Source: Candidatus Latescibacterota bacterium
GTDB taxonomy: Bacteria; Latescibacterota; UBA2968; GCA-2709665
NCBI GenBank assembly: GCA_965237675.1
Contig: OZ250150.1
Span: 3,648,001-3,712,000, forward strand
DNA: 64,000 nt
Direction: 5' to 3'
Every line of letters begins with the position of its first letter. Position 1 is the first letter of the stretch. A program made the position numbers and the translations under genes. Below the pieces are notes generated by a model. It was given only the letters and a program-made list of their open reading frames with translations, did not search any database and had not been told where the DNA came from. Of the stretch, positions 39,414 to 48,592 are shown piece after piece.

Positions 39414-39490
39414 TGGTGCGGATGCCAGGATTCGAACCCGGAACCGCCTGGTCCGTAGCCAGGTGCTCTATCCAGTTGAGCCACATCCGC
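39414..39490 (-). tRNA. tRNA-Arg (anticodon ACG)
   Basis: Cloverleaf GCGGATG...CCTGG-CTACGGA-CCAGG...TTCGAAT...CATCCGCA-CCA. Confidence 0.95.
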
Positions 39491-39536
39491 ACCGTTTTGA
39501 ATGGCCTTAGCGCGATTTTCGAAAATTCGCGCACAT

Positions 39537-39565
39537 AAATTAACCAAAACACACGGCGGTGTCAA
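39537..39565 (-). promoter_or_regulatory. sigma70-type promoter of tRNA-Arg
   Basis: TTGACA-N17-TAATTT. Confidence 0.6.
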
Positions 39566-39675
39566 GGAATCCGGTATGCCATGCAGGCCCGGTTCCAGGG
39601 GTGTGCGTCGCGTCGGCCGGATCAAATCGGGTGAGCGCTGCCGTCCGTCCGTGAACCTTTCATCAGGAGCCCGCG

Positions 39676-41760
39676 ATGGCTGAATTTGAAGCGCCTGTAT
39701 ATGAAGCAGGGGAATTCTGGGAGCAGGTGAAACGCGGCGTTTCGCGGCTGGATCTGCCGGAAAATGTGTCGGAGCCGGCGGACGAAGCGTCCGCCTGGCG
39801 CGCGTGGCATGCCTATCTGGCCGGGAGGCCGGAGCCCACGTGGCACTTCGATTCGGAGCGATTCGGCGATACCGTTCGCACGCATTGGCCCGGGTTGGCG
39901 GGCGTGTGGATCGAGCAGTCGGACCTTCTGATCGACGGGAAGATGATTTACGGCGAGAACGCCGTTCCCTATGTGCCGGGGGTCGGGCTGGACTGGAACG
40001 CGAACCCGCACAAGACGATGAACTGGGGCGGGTTGCACTATATGTTTTTCATGAGATGGCCGATACGGGCGGCGATGTTGACCGGCGAAGGGAAGTACGT
40101 TCGGGTGGTGGCGGACTGTCTGCGAAGCTATCTCGAGCAGATGGACGACATCCGTGACGAAGGGGGAGTGATGGGGCGCGGGGCGAAGGAGGGCGGATTT
40201 TACGCGGTCTGGAATACGCTGGCCGTCGGGCTGAAGCTGAAGGCCCTGGGCGAGGCGCTGTACGCACTGCGCGCCCATCCGGACTGGACGGTGGCCGATT
40301 GCCGGGCCGCGTCCATCATGATCTGGCGCCTGGCGCGGCATCTGTACGCGCAGGTGGAATCACAGACCGCGGTCGAGTGGCAGCAGCAACTGAATTTTAT
40401 CGCCTCCGGCAGTGGTGGATTGGGGAGCGTCGGCGCGTTGCTTCCCGAATGGGAGGCAGCGGAGGGATGGCTTGAAACCGGGCGTCAGATCCAGGAGGTG
40501 CTGCTCCTGAACCAGGTGTATCCGGACGGGTTTCAAAAGGAAATATGTACGCAGTATCACAAGACGGTCATCCGGTCATTTGCCACCCTGCAGATGATAC
40601 TGACCCGCCGGGGGCTGCCGAGCTTTTACGATACGGAACCGTACCGGACGCGCTTTCTTGCGATGCACCGCTTTCTGGCTGAAATTCTGACGCCCGACGG
40701 GTTTACGCCGGCCATCAATTCGGCGGTGTACGCTCAGGACTGGCCGGCGTTTCTGGCCGCGGGAAACTCCTTCTTCAAGGACCCGGTGCTTCAGTGGCAC
40801 ATCGATCGTGGGTATCATCCCCTACTCGTACCGGTTCAGAAGGGCGGCCCGGGTTGGGGCAATACCATTTTAAACGACCTGTGTGTTCCGAAACCGGAGG
40901 GGGTGCAGGCTCGAGCGCCCGCGCCGGTTTCGCGCCTGTTTGCCGATTCCGGCGTCGCGGTTCTGCGCGACGGATGGGGCCCCGAGGCGAACGTACTGGT
41001 CCTGGATTTCGGGCATCCGGAGGGGGGACATGCCTACGGAGCGCAGGCTTCGTTTTCGGCCTGGGTGAAGGGTCGCCCGGCGGCTTTGTCTCCGGGATCC
41101 CCGTTCGCATACAGCGATCCGGACTATCGGCCCTGGTATTACAGCACGCAGGGGCAGAATACGGTCTGGATCGACGGGGATGACCAGGAATTCTGGCGCC
41201 CCGGTCAAAAGCGTCGGATCTGGGGTCGGATGCTGGAATGGCGAGAGAACGAAGCAGAAACTTACATACGCATCTCTCACGAAGGATACCTGCGTTCGAA
41301 GGGCGTGAGGCACGAACGTACGGTGCTGTTGAAAAAAGGGAGATATTTTCTGATTTACGACGTGCTGGATGCAGCGGCGAGTGACGATTCGCGCACGCTG
41401 CGCTGGACGCTGCGTTGTCCGGATGGACTGCGTGCGGCAAGCGATCGCACGGTCGTAAGCAACGGGGCTCCGGGCGTCAGGCTGGCGCCGGCGTGGACGG
41501 AGGCGATCCGCGACGTGGAGATCGGTTGGGGGCCGAGCATGGTCCCGTTGAGCTATCGACCTGATATGTCGGCTCAGAAAGCGCAGGTCTGCCACGTCAG
41601 GTTCGTCCAGGAGGTCGACGCCGGGGGGCAGGCGCGTTTTCTGGTTCTGTTGGTGTCGGGGGACTGTTCGGACGGGGCGGTTCACGCCGAATGGGTCGAC
41701 GGCGGGGTTGTGGCCACCGCAACAGCGTGGGGCGAAACGGATCGCATAACGCTGAAATGA
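39676..41760 (+). CDS. heparinase II/III family protein (PL12-like)
   Basis: QVYPDGFQKE....YH, SGVAVLR.GW, GGH, N.V.IDG.DQ, HEGY..H.R; no signal peptide. Confidence 0.75.
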   Translation: MAEFEAPVYEAGEFWEQVKRGVSRLDLPENVSEPADEASAWRAWHAYLAGRPEPTWHFDSERFGDTVRTHWPGLAGVWIEQSDLLIDGKMIYGENAVPYVPGVGLDWNANPHKTMNWGGLHYMFFMRWPIRAAMLTGEGKYVRVVADCLRSYLEQMDDIRDEGGVMGRGAKEGGFYAVWNTLAVGLKLKALGEALYALRAHPDWTVADCRAASIMIWRLARHLYAQVESQTAVEWQQQLNFIASGSGGLGSVGALLPEWEAAEGWLETGRQIQEVLLLNQVYPDGFQKEICTQYHKTVIRSFATLQMILTRRGLPSFYDTEPYRTRFLAMHRFLAEILTPDGFTPAINSAVYAQDWPAFLAAGNSFFKDPVLQWHIDRGYHPLLVPVQKGGPGWGNTILNDLCVPKPEGVQARAPAPVSRLFADSGVAVLRDGWGPEANVLVLDFGHPEGGHAYGAQASFSAWVKGRPAALSPGSPFAYSDPDYRPWYYSTQGQNTVWIDGDDQEFWRPGQKRRIWGRMLEWRENEAETYIRISHEGYLRSKGVRHERTVLLKKGRYFLIYDVLDAAASDDSRTLRWTLRCPDGLRAASDRTVVSNGAPGVRLAPAWTEAIRDVEIGWGPSMVPLSYRPDMSAQKAQVCHVRFVQEVDAGGQARFLVLLVSGDCSDGAVHAEWVDGGVVATATAWGETDRITLK

Positions 41761-41786
41761 CGGACTGATACCGGGGAGAGCAGGCG

Positions 41787-43475
41787 GTGTCCAGGCAGGT
41801 GGCGAAATTGCAGGTTCGCATCGAGCGCAACGTTGAAGCAAGCATGCGGGATGGCGTCATTCTTCGAGCCGACGTGGCGCGGCCCGCCGCACCGGGGAAG
41901 TTTCCCGTGCTTGTTCAGCGTACCCCTTATGGCAAGGCAGTAAATTCCAAGCTCGCCGAGGCTGGTTATGTAGTCATTTCACAGGACATGCGGGGGAGGT
42001 ATGCTTCAAACGGAGAGTTCACACCGATGTTTATGCCGGGCTATCAGGATGCCGCGGATGGCTACGATAGCGTGGAATGGGCGGCGGCCTTGCCGTATGC
42101 GGACGGAAAGGTAGGGGTGTACGGGATTTCCTATCCGTCCTGGGCGTCGTGGGAACTCGCGTCTGCCAGGCCGCCGCACCTGGTCGCCATGTTCAACGGA
42201 GGGTACGCGACGCGGTTGACGGACTGGGAACTCGGCGGCGTGCTGCGCACCGGACGCGTGCAGCAGTGGCTCTTTCGATCCCTGGGCCCGGATCTGCGTC
42301 GCCGCAGCGGGTTGCCCGAGCCGCATACGCCGGCACAGGCAAAGGAAATGGCCGGCAAGGATCGGGAGAAACCGTTGTGGTTCGTGCCGCTGAAGGAGGT
42401 GCCGGAGGAGTACGCAGGGGGCTGCCGGGAGATATGGCACTACTGGATGGACCACCATCACGACGATATTTTTGATTTCGAGAAACGGCACGCGCAGGTG
42501 GACGTGCCAGTGCTCCACATTACCGGTTGGCATGACCGGCTGGTCCTGACGGTCGATCACTTTAAGGGGATGCGCAGGAGCGGGCGCACGCAGGCCACAC
42601 AAATGGCGCAGCGGCTGATTGTCGGTCCATGGCCCCATGGGTCGCAGGGTCCGCGGCAGGTCGGCGAAATGGACTTCGGAAAATCGGCGGCGGTCGACTT
42701 CAACGCATTGATGATCCGATGGTTCGATTACTGGCTCAAAGGCAAACCCAATGGAATGATGCGGACTGCGCCTGTCCGATATTTCGTGATGGGTGAGAAC
42801 CGGTGGCGAACCGCGGCGGCCTGGCCGGTACCCGAAGCGAAGCCCGTGTCGTTCCATCTGGTCTCGGACGGCGGCGCAAACGGTGCTTCAGGGGACGGGA
42901 GGCTGGTAAGAAGACGTCCACGGGAATCCGGCAGCGACCGGTACGATTACGACCCGCGCGATCCGGTGATGTCACTGTTTTACGAGAGCTGCCAGGACGC
43001 CCCGTACGATCAGCGGCGGCTGGACGGCCGACGGGATGTACTTGTGTATCAGAGCCGCCACCTGCGGAAGGGCGTTCGCCTGGTCGGCCGCCCGGAAGTG
43101 GTGCTGCACGCGGCTTCCAGCGCCAGGGACACGGACTTTATCGTCAAGTTGATGGATGTCCGCCCGGACGGATTTGTCCACCAGGTGAGTTACGGAATCG
43201 TGCGGGCGAGGTTTCGGGCCGGGTTTGACAACCCTGAGATGCTGCTGGAGGGGCAAATCTATCAATACCGGATCTCGATGCTCCCAACGGCGGTATTGTT
43301 CCGGCCCGGTCACCGGATCCGGCTGGACGTGACGAGTTCGGACTTTCCGAATTTCGACCGGAATCACAACACAGGTGGAGACGACTACGGGGAAGCCACA
43401 TTCGTGATCGCCCATCAGGTGGTATTCCATGGACCCCATCACCACTCGCATGTGATTCTACCGGTGGTCAGTTGA
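41787..43475 (+). CDS. CocE/NonD family hydrolase (peptidase S15)
   Basis: MRDG, RTPY, QDMRGRYAS.G, GISYPS nucleophile, GPWPH, SSDFP.FDRN.N. Confidence 0.92.
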   Translation: MSRQVAKLQVRIERNVEASMRDGVILRADVARPAAPGKFPVLVQRTPYGKAVNSKLAEAGYVVISQDMRGRYASNGEFTPMFMPGYQDAADGYDSVEWAAALPYADGKVGVYGISYPSWASWELASARPPHLVAMFNGGYATRLTDWELGGVLRTGRVQQWLFRSLGPDLRRRSGLPEPHTPAQAKEMAGKDREKPLWFVPLKEVPEEYAGGCREIWHYWMDHHHDDIFDFEKRHAQVDVPVLHITGWHDRLVLTVDHFKGMRRSGRTQATQMAQRLIVGPWPHGSQGPRQVGEMDFGKSAAVDFNALMIRWFDYWLKGKPNGMMRTAPVRYFVMGENRWRTAAAWPVPEAKPVSFHLVSDGGANGASGDGRLVRRRPRESGSDRYDYDPRDPVMSLFYESCQDAPYDQRRLDGRRDVLVYQSRHLRKGVRLVGRPEVVLHAASSARDTDFIVKLMDVRPDGFVHQVSYGIVRARFRAGFDNPEMLLEGQIYQYRISMLPTAVLFRPGHRIRLDVTSSDFPNFDRNHNTGGDDYGEATFVIAHQVVFHGPHHHSHVILPVVS

Positions 43476-43487
43476 CGGTTCCGGGGC

Positions 43488-43516
43488 TTGACACCACGCA
43501 ACCCGCGGCTTATTTT
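43488..43516 (+). promoter_or_regulatory. sigma70-type promoter
   Basis: TTGACA-N17-TATTTT. Confidence 0.5.
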
Positions 43517-43522
43517 GCATTC

Positions 43523-43559
43523 GCGCGAAGACCGCTGGGGGTTTTAAGACAGCTTCTAA
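43523..43559 (-). repeat. solo end of the MITE at 1732
   Basis: Reverse complement AAGCTGTCTTAAAACCCCCAGCGGTCTTCGCGC nearly identical to 1732-1763. Confidence 0.65.
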
Positions 43560-43576
43560 GGAACGGAGAGAAGGCG

Positions 43577-44821
43577 ATGATCGATCTTTCAACCAATCGG
43601 CCGATAACGGCGCGCAAGGAAATGGTGTTGACGGTGGGGCAGGACGAAGGGGATCTGCGTGGAACCGACGACAAGGTACTGCAGGCCGGCGCGGACTATC
43701 TCCGCCGGCTTGGAGGCGGAATCCTGCAGATTCTCCCCGGTGTGTATACCATGCGCAACGCGCTTTATCTGCATCCGAACCTGACGGTGCGGGGTGCGGG
43801 GGAAGCAACGGTGCTGAGAAAGGCGCCAGGGTTCAGGACGGATCTGGTGCGGGATTCGGACTGGTACGAAGCGCGGGTGGCCGTCCAGGACGCGGACGGG
43901 TTCGGTATGGGGTGCGGTGTGATGTTGCGGGCATTTCGGGGCGGAGACGGCCGGATGGAAGTCGTGAAAGATACGGTGACCGCGGTGGAAGGCAACCTGG
44001 TTTCCCTGAGCAAGCGGATCTACAAGAATATGTGGCTGGAAGAACGAGCCACGCTGGCAACGGTTTTCCCGATTCTGACCGCGGAAGAGGGTGTACATGA
44101 TGTTCGGGTTGAGAACCTCGTACTGGATGGGAACCGTGAGGAAAATGAGGAGATAAACGGGAACTATTCCGGTGCGGTGTTCCTGCAGCGCTGTCACCGG
44201 TACCGGTTTTCGAACGTAACCGCACGGAACTACAATGGGGACGGGTTCAGCTTTCAGGTCTGCGACGATTTCGTCTTTGAGAACTGCGTGTCGCAGGGGA
44301 ACGCGAATCTGGGTTTCCATCCCGGCAGCGGGTCACAACGGCCGGTGTTTCGGAACTGCCGGTCCACCGGCAACAGCCAGGGTATCTTTTTCTGCTGGGG
44401 GGTGTCGGACGGCTTCGCGGAGAATTGTATCTGCTCGGACAATCTCGACTTTGGCGTCTCCATAGGACACAGAGACACCGACAATCGGATTCAGCACTGT
44501 ACCATCGAGCGCAACCATAAAGTGGGCGTGCTTTTTCGCGAGCCCCAGGCCGAATTCAGGGGTGCTCACCGGAACGTCGTGGCGGCCTGCCAGATTCGGG
44601 ACAACGGATTCACCGAAGACGGAACGGGTGTGGACATTCGCGGGGAGACGCACCAGGTGGAAATTCGCGACTGCCGGATCGAAGACACCGGTGAGGGAAA
44701 ACAGAAAATCGGCATACGGATCGACGAACGGGCAAAGGAAATCGTCGTCGAAGGGAATCGGTTCCGAAATCTGGAAGAAAACGTCAGAGCAGGAGGCGTC
44801 AGGGAGGTCGCGCAAGTTTAA
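43577..44821 (+). CDS. right-handed parallel beta-helix (pectin-lyase-like) protein
   Basis: LQAGAD..GGG..ILPGVY; repeated ENC..N..G motifs. Confidence 0.8.
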   Translation: MIDLSTNRPITARKEMVLTVGQDEGDLRGTDDKVLQAGADYLRRLGGGILQILPGVYTMRNALYLHPNLTVRGAGEATVLRKAPGFRTDLVRDSDWYEARVAVQDADGFGMGCGVMLRAFRGGDGRMEVVKDTVTAVEGNLVSLSKRIYKNMWLEERATLATVFPILTAEEGVHDVRVENLVLDGNREENEEINGNYSGAVFLQRCHRYRFSNVTARNYNGDGFSFQVCDDFVFENCVSQGNANLGFHPGSGSQRPVFRNCRSTGNSQGIFFCWGVSDGFAENCICSDNLDFGVSIGHRDTDNRIQHCTIERNHKVGVLFREPQAEFRGAHRNVVAACQIRDNGFTEDGTGVDIRGETHQVEIRDCRIEDTGEGKQKIGIRIDERAKEIVVEGNRFRNLEENVRAGGVREVAQV

Positions 44822-44984
44822 CAGTCCGTTGATAAAGTCGCTCTGCAGGCGAGGCCGAGTCATTGTGGCCGAAGACAAGGCGCGCGACCGCGTCGAATCG
44901 GGGGATTCGGAGAGGGAGTGCAACGCAGTAATTCGGCCACAAGGGCCGGACGTAGCCCGGATGGACTTTTTCAACGGGCTGCTA
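44819..44984. mobile_element. MITE (~166 bp) with IS5/IS1182-like ends
   Basis: 18/21 TIR TAACAGTCCGTTGATAAAGTC / GACTTTTTCAACGGGCTGCTA; TTAA/CTAA flanks. Confidence 0.75.
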
Positions 44985-44995
44985 AGGAGCTAAAC

Positions 44996-45229
44996 ATGGC
45001 GGAATCGTTGAGCGAAGTGGAAATGAAGGACAAAGCGATCCGGTACCTGAAGTCGCAGTACGGCGAGGATACGGTGCGGATGGACATTCGGAACAACGGC
45101 GTGGAAGATGGAAGCGGGGTACTGCAGGTGGACTGTACCGTGAGCGTGGGCGGGTCGCTTTCCGATTGGACGAAGTGGTTCACGTTCAGGCAGGGCGAAG
45201 TGGCGGGCATGCGCTGGCAGATGCGGTAG
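44996..45229 (+). CDS. small hypothetical protein (77 aa)
   Basis: SD AAGGAG; helix plus beta-strand-like pattern. Confidence 0.65.
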   Translation: MAESLSEVEMKDKAIRYLKSQYGEDTVRMDIRNNGVEDGSGVLQVDCTVSVGGSLSDWTKWFTFRQGEVAGMRWQMR

Positions 45230-45390
45230 GATCCAACGGACATTCGCGGACCGGCGTTCTGCACCCCACGGTGCGCCCATTCCGTGCGGAGACTTGCATC
45301 CTGCGCGGCGTTAAGCCTGCTGAGGCGCTGGCGGTAGCCGGCAGCCGCGGGCACGTCCGAGCTTCGGAGCATGAATTCGGAGGATCGCAC

Positions 45391-46242
45391 ATGTCGGTAA
45401 AAAACCGAAGTGTTCGCATCGGAATGTTGAAGGCGACGCCCACCAAATGGGACCTTGAGGCGAATTGGGCCGTGTTCGAGGACCAGTTCGCGCGGTATCG
45501 TGACAGCGGTCTGGATCTATTCGTTACGCCGGAGTGTTTTCTTGACGGATACGCCGTGACCGAGGCGGATTGGTCGGTCCCTAAGTTCCAGGGCGCGGCG
45601 CAGACCGTGGGGGAGAGCCCATACGTCCGAAAGGTTCAGGAACTGGCCCGGCGGGCTCAAACCTACATCGTGTTCGGATTTACCGAACTGAAGAATGGCT
45701 GTTTCTACAACGCGGCATTGCTGGCCGGCCGTACCGGCGAGATTCTGGGAACGTATTACAAGACCCATCTGCAGAACCACGACCGCCGCTTCGCCGTGGG
45801 GCGGGATCTTCCCGTATTCGAACTGGATTTCGGGACCGTGGGCCTGGCGATCTGCGCCGACCGCCGATGGCCGGAGTCCATCCGCGTGCTCCGATTGAAG
45901 GGCGCCGAGGTCTGTCTGATGCCGACGTACGGGATGTGGCATCTGGAGAACGAGTGGTGGATGCGCACGCGGTCCTACGAGAACCAGATGTACGTCTGCT
46001 TCGCGCATCCGAACGTGGCGTTCATCGCCGGGCCGAAGGGGCAGCTGGACGCGAAGCTCCAGTCGAACGTACCCGATGTACTGGTGCATGAGATAGACCT
46101 TGAAACCGTGACCGGCGGGAACCATCTGGCAGACCGCAGGCCGGAATTGTACGGGATTCTGTCGGACGGAACCCATCCGTCCCGCCAGGTGCCGTTCGAG
46201 CCGGCCACAACCGATGGTGAATGGAGGAAATCAGGTGACTGA
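45391..46242 (+). CDS. carbon-nitrogen hydrolase (nitrilase superfamily)
   Basis: PECFLDGY (E), YKTHL (K), ICADRRWPE (C). Confidence 0.88.
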   Translation: MSVKNRSVRIGMLKATPTKWDLEANWAVFEDQFARYRDSGLDLFVTPECFLDGYAVTEADWSVPKFQGAAQTVGESPYVRKVQELARRAQTYIVFGFTELKNGCFYNAALLAGRTGEILGTYYKTHLQNHDRRFAVGRDLPVFELDFGTVGLAICADRRWPESIRVLRLKGAEVCLMPTYGMWHLENEWWMRTRSYENQMYVCFAHPNVAFIAGPKGQLDAKLQSNVPDVLVHEIDLETVTGGNHLADRRPELYGILSDGTHPSRQVPFEPATTDGEWRKSGD

Positions 46243-47266
46243 AGGCAAGTTGGGCGCCGCAATTATCGGCTGCGGGAATATGGGAAAAACCCATGCGCTG
46301 TCGCTGACGGGCTTTGAAGATGTGTCTCTGCGCGTGCTGGTGGATACTGACGAGGGCGCGGCCCGATCGCTGGGTTCGGAGGTCCCGGCTGCGGCGGTAG
46401 GCACGGAATTCCAACGGGCGCTGGACGATCCGACGGTCGACGTCGTGTTTGTCTGCACGCACCACGATCTTCACGCGCCCATGTGTGTGGAGGCGGCGGA
46501 AGCCGGTAAGGATATCTTTTGTGAGAAGCCGCTGGCGATCTGTATCGAGGATTGTGAGGCGATCGCTGACGCTGTAAATGCGGCGGGCGTCAAGTTCATG
46601 ACCGGTTTTCAGGCGCGGTTCTCGCCGTTTGTCTTGAAGTTGAAGGAGGTCACGCCGCGGCCGTGGTTGACGATCGCACAGTATTTCGATCCCAGGTGGG
46701 GAGAACAGAGCTGGGCGAACGACCCGGCTGCCGGCGGAGGCAACGTGTTGAGTCAGGGGTGTCACTGCTTCGACGCGGTTCGTTTTCTGAATCCGTCCGA
46801 GGTGGTATCGATTTACGCGGCCGGTGGGAACTATCATCATCCAACGTTGCCCATCACGGACGCCGTGGCGTGTACGCTGCGGTTTGCGGACGGGGCGGTT
46901 GCCAATGTCGCGATCGGCGACGTGGGCAAGCCGGCGTTGATGGGAAAGGCGGCCTATCAGGTCTTCGCCGGCGACGCGACCGCCAGTCTTTTCAATTACC
47001 ACTGGAATCCCGAGATCCGCCTGTGGGGCGCCGAGCCCGGCCGGCTGACAACAGCCGATATTCCCGGATGTGACGATAGGGATTTTGCACATGGTTATAC
47101 TCAGCAGATGCGGGCTGTGGTGGACTGGTCGCTCAGGGGGGTCGAACCGGCGAACGCGGCGAAATTGGACGACGGCGTGCGGGCGACAACGCTTGCCCTC
47201 CGGGCGATTGAAGCGATTCGCACCGGTGAGGTGCAGGAATTGAACTGGGTGCAGGCGCCTTCCTGA
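46235..47266 (+). CDS. Gfo/Idh/MocA oxidoreductase
   Basis: IGCGNMG, CEKP, GG.....CHCFD. Confidence 0.9.
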   Translation: MTEGKLGAAIIGCGNMGKTHALSLTGFEDVSLRVLVDTDEGAARSLGSEVPAAAVGTEFQRALDDPTVDVVFVCTHHDLHAPMCVEAAEAGKDIFCEKPLAICIEDCEAIADAVNAAGVKFMTGFQARFSPFVLKLKEVTPRPWLTIAQYFDPRWGEQSWANDPAAGGGNVLSQGCHCFDAVRFLNPSEVVSIYAAGGNYHHPTLPITDAVACTLRFADGAVANVAIGDVGKPALMGKAAYQVFAGDATASLFNYHWNPEIRLWGAEPGRLTTADIPGCDDRDFAHGYTQQMRAVVDWSLRGVEPANAAKLDDGVRATTLALRAIEAIRTGEVQELNWVQAPS

Positions 47267-47345
47267 GTACGGCGCAGGCCACGGTAAGCAGACAGTCGGT
47301 GTGGTCTCTGCACCCCTCCAAGCAGCGGACGAAAGGAACTTGAGA

Positions 47346-48401
47346 ATGAGTTACGGTGTCGGATTGGTCGGAAACCGGGCCCATCAGATGAGCTATGGCC
47401 CGATCCTGGAAGCGCGAGAGGATTGCCGGATTGTAGCGGCAGCAGAACACAGGGCTGACAAGGCCAAACCTCTTGAGGAGCGATTCGGAGTCACGTGCGT
47501 CGCGGACTACGAAACGGTACTGGAAAATTCGGACGTGCATATCGTGTCCATTGCCACCGACTTTTACTTGAAGCGACCCCTGATCGCAAAGGCAGTGGCA
47601 TGCGGCAAACACGTTCTGGTGGACAAACCCCTTTCGCGCACCGTTACGGAAGCCCGGGAGATCGTCACCGCAGCTGAGGGGTCGGGGGTCAAGATTGTGT
47701 TGAGCTACCCCATCCGATACCTGCCCGGGCTGGCCGCGCTCGCCCGGGGAATTCGGTCAGGAACGTATGCGAATATAACGTCCTACACCCATAATTTCGT
47801 GCGCCAGTTCAAGGACAGCGACCTGATGCAATACGTGAGTTACCCCACGCCGGTTGACGTGAACGGAGGGGGCGAACTGATGAATCTGGGCAGTCACGCG
47901 GTGGATTATCTTCACCATCTGTTCGGTATGCCCAGACGCATATTCTGCAGAATGCGCAATGCTTATTGGGACGAATACCTGGCATTCGGTACGGAGGATA
48001 TGGCGACTGTCGTGTGCGAATACGGAGGTTTCGTCGCCACGCTGGTGACGGGGCGAAACAAACTCGAGGAGGAGGGGCCATCGGTTAACGCGGTGGACGT
48101 GACTGCCGAGGGCTACTGGATCCACGCGGAGCCTGAAACGATGGGGCTCAACGGCGTGGCGCTGGAATTGCCGCCCTCGCCCACGTCTTATTCGGAATCG
48201 TGCGCGCAGGAGTTGATCGACTGTATTGAAGAGGATCGGGATCCGGTGATGGGCGTGGCGGACGGTTTGGCTGTGGCGGAGATGACAACGGCGGCGTATC
48301 AGTCTGCGCACACCGGCGAGTTTGTAGCAATACCGCTTGAAAATGCGAACCATCCGATGATTCACACCGATAGGCAGGTGATTGAGGGCTATCTGGACTG
48401 A
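47346..48401 (+). CDS. Gfo/Idh/MocA oxidoreductase
   Basis: GKHVLVDKP, GGELMNLGSHAVD. Confidence 0.85.
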   Translation: MSYGVGLVGNRAHQMSYGPILEAREDCRIVAAAEHRADKAKPLEERFGVTCVADYETVLENSDVHIVSIATDFYLKRPLIAKAVACGKHVLVDKPLSRTVTEAREIVTAAEGSGVKIVLSYPIRYLPGLAALARGIRSGTYANITSYTHNFVRQFKDSDLMQYVSYPTPVDVNGGGELMNLGSHAVDYLHHLFGMPRRIFCRMRNAYWDEYLAFGTEDMATVVCEYGGFVATLVTGRNKLEEEGPSVNAVDVTAEGYWIHAEPETMGLNGVALELPPSPTSYSESCAQELIDCIEEDRDPVMGVADGLAVAEMTTAAYQSAHTGEFVAIPLENANHPMIHTDRQVIEGYLD

Positions 48402-48592
48402 ATTCTCGCGCCTGAAGCCACGTCCGAGCGCCGGTGGATTCAGTCCTGTCGCGGAATACCCCGGATCGACCAACCTGTTGAACCGGGCCGGACGAATCTT
48501 CCCCGCCGCCGGGGTCATTTTTCGGCGGATGCTTTTCAAAGGGACGGCAACTCCGTCGATGAACGGCCCGGGAGGTCAGCTTCCGGGCCGCG

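Noticed and set aside
27871-39490. Genomic island anchored at tRNA-Glu or tRNA-Arg
   Set aside because: No duplicated tRNA 3' end or integrase found; both tRNAs keep their own promoter and terminator
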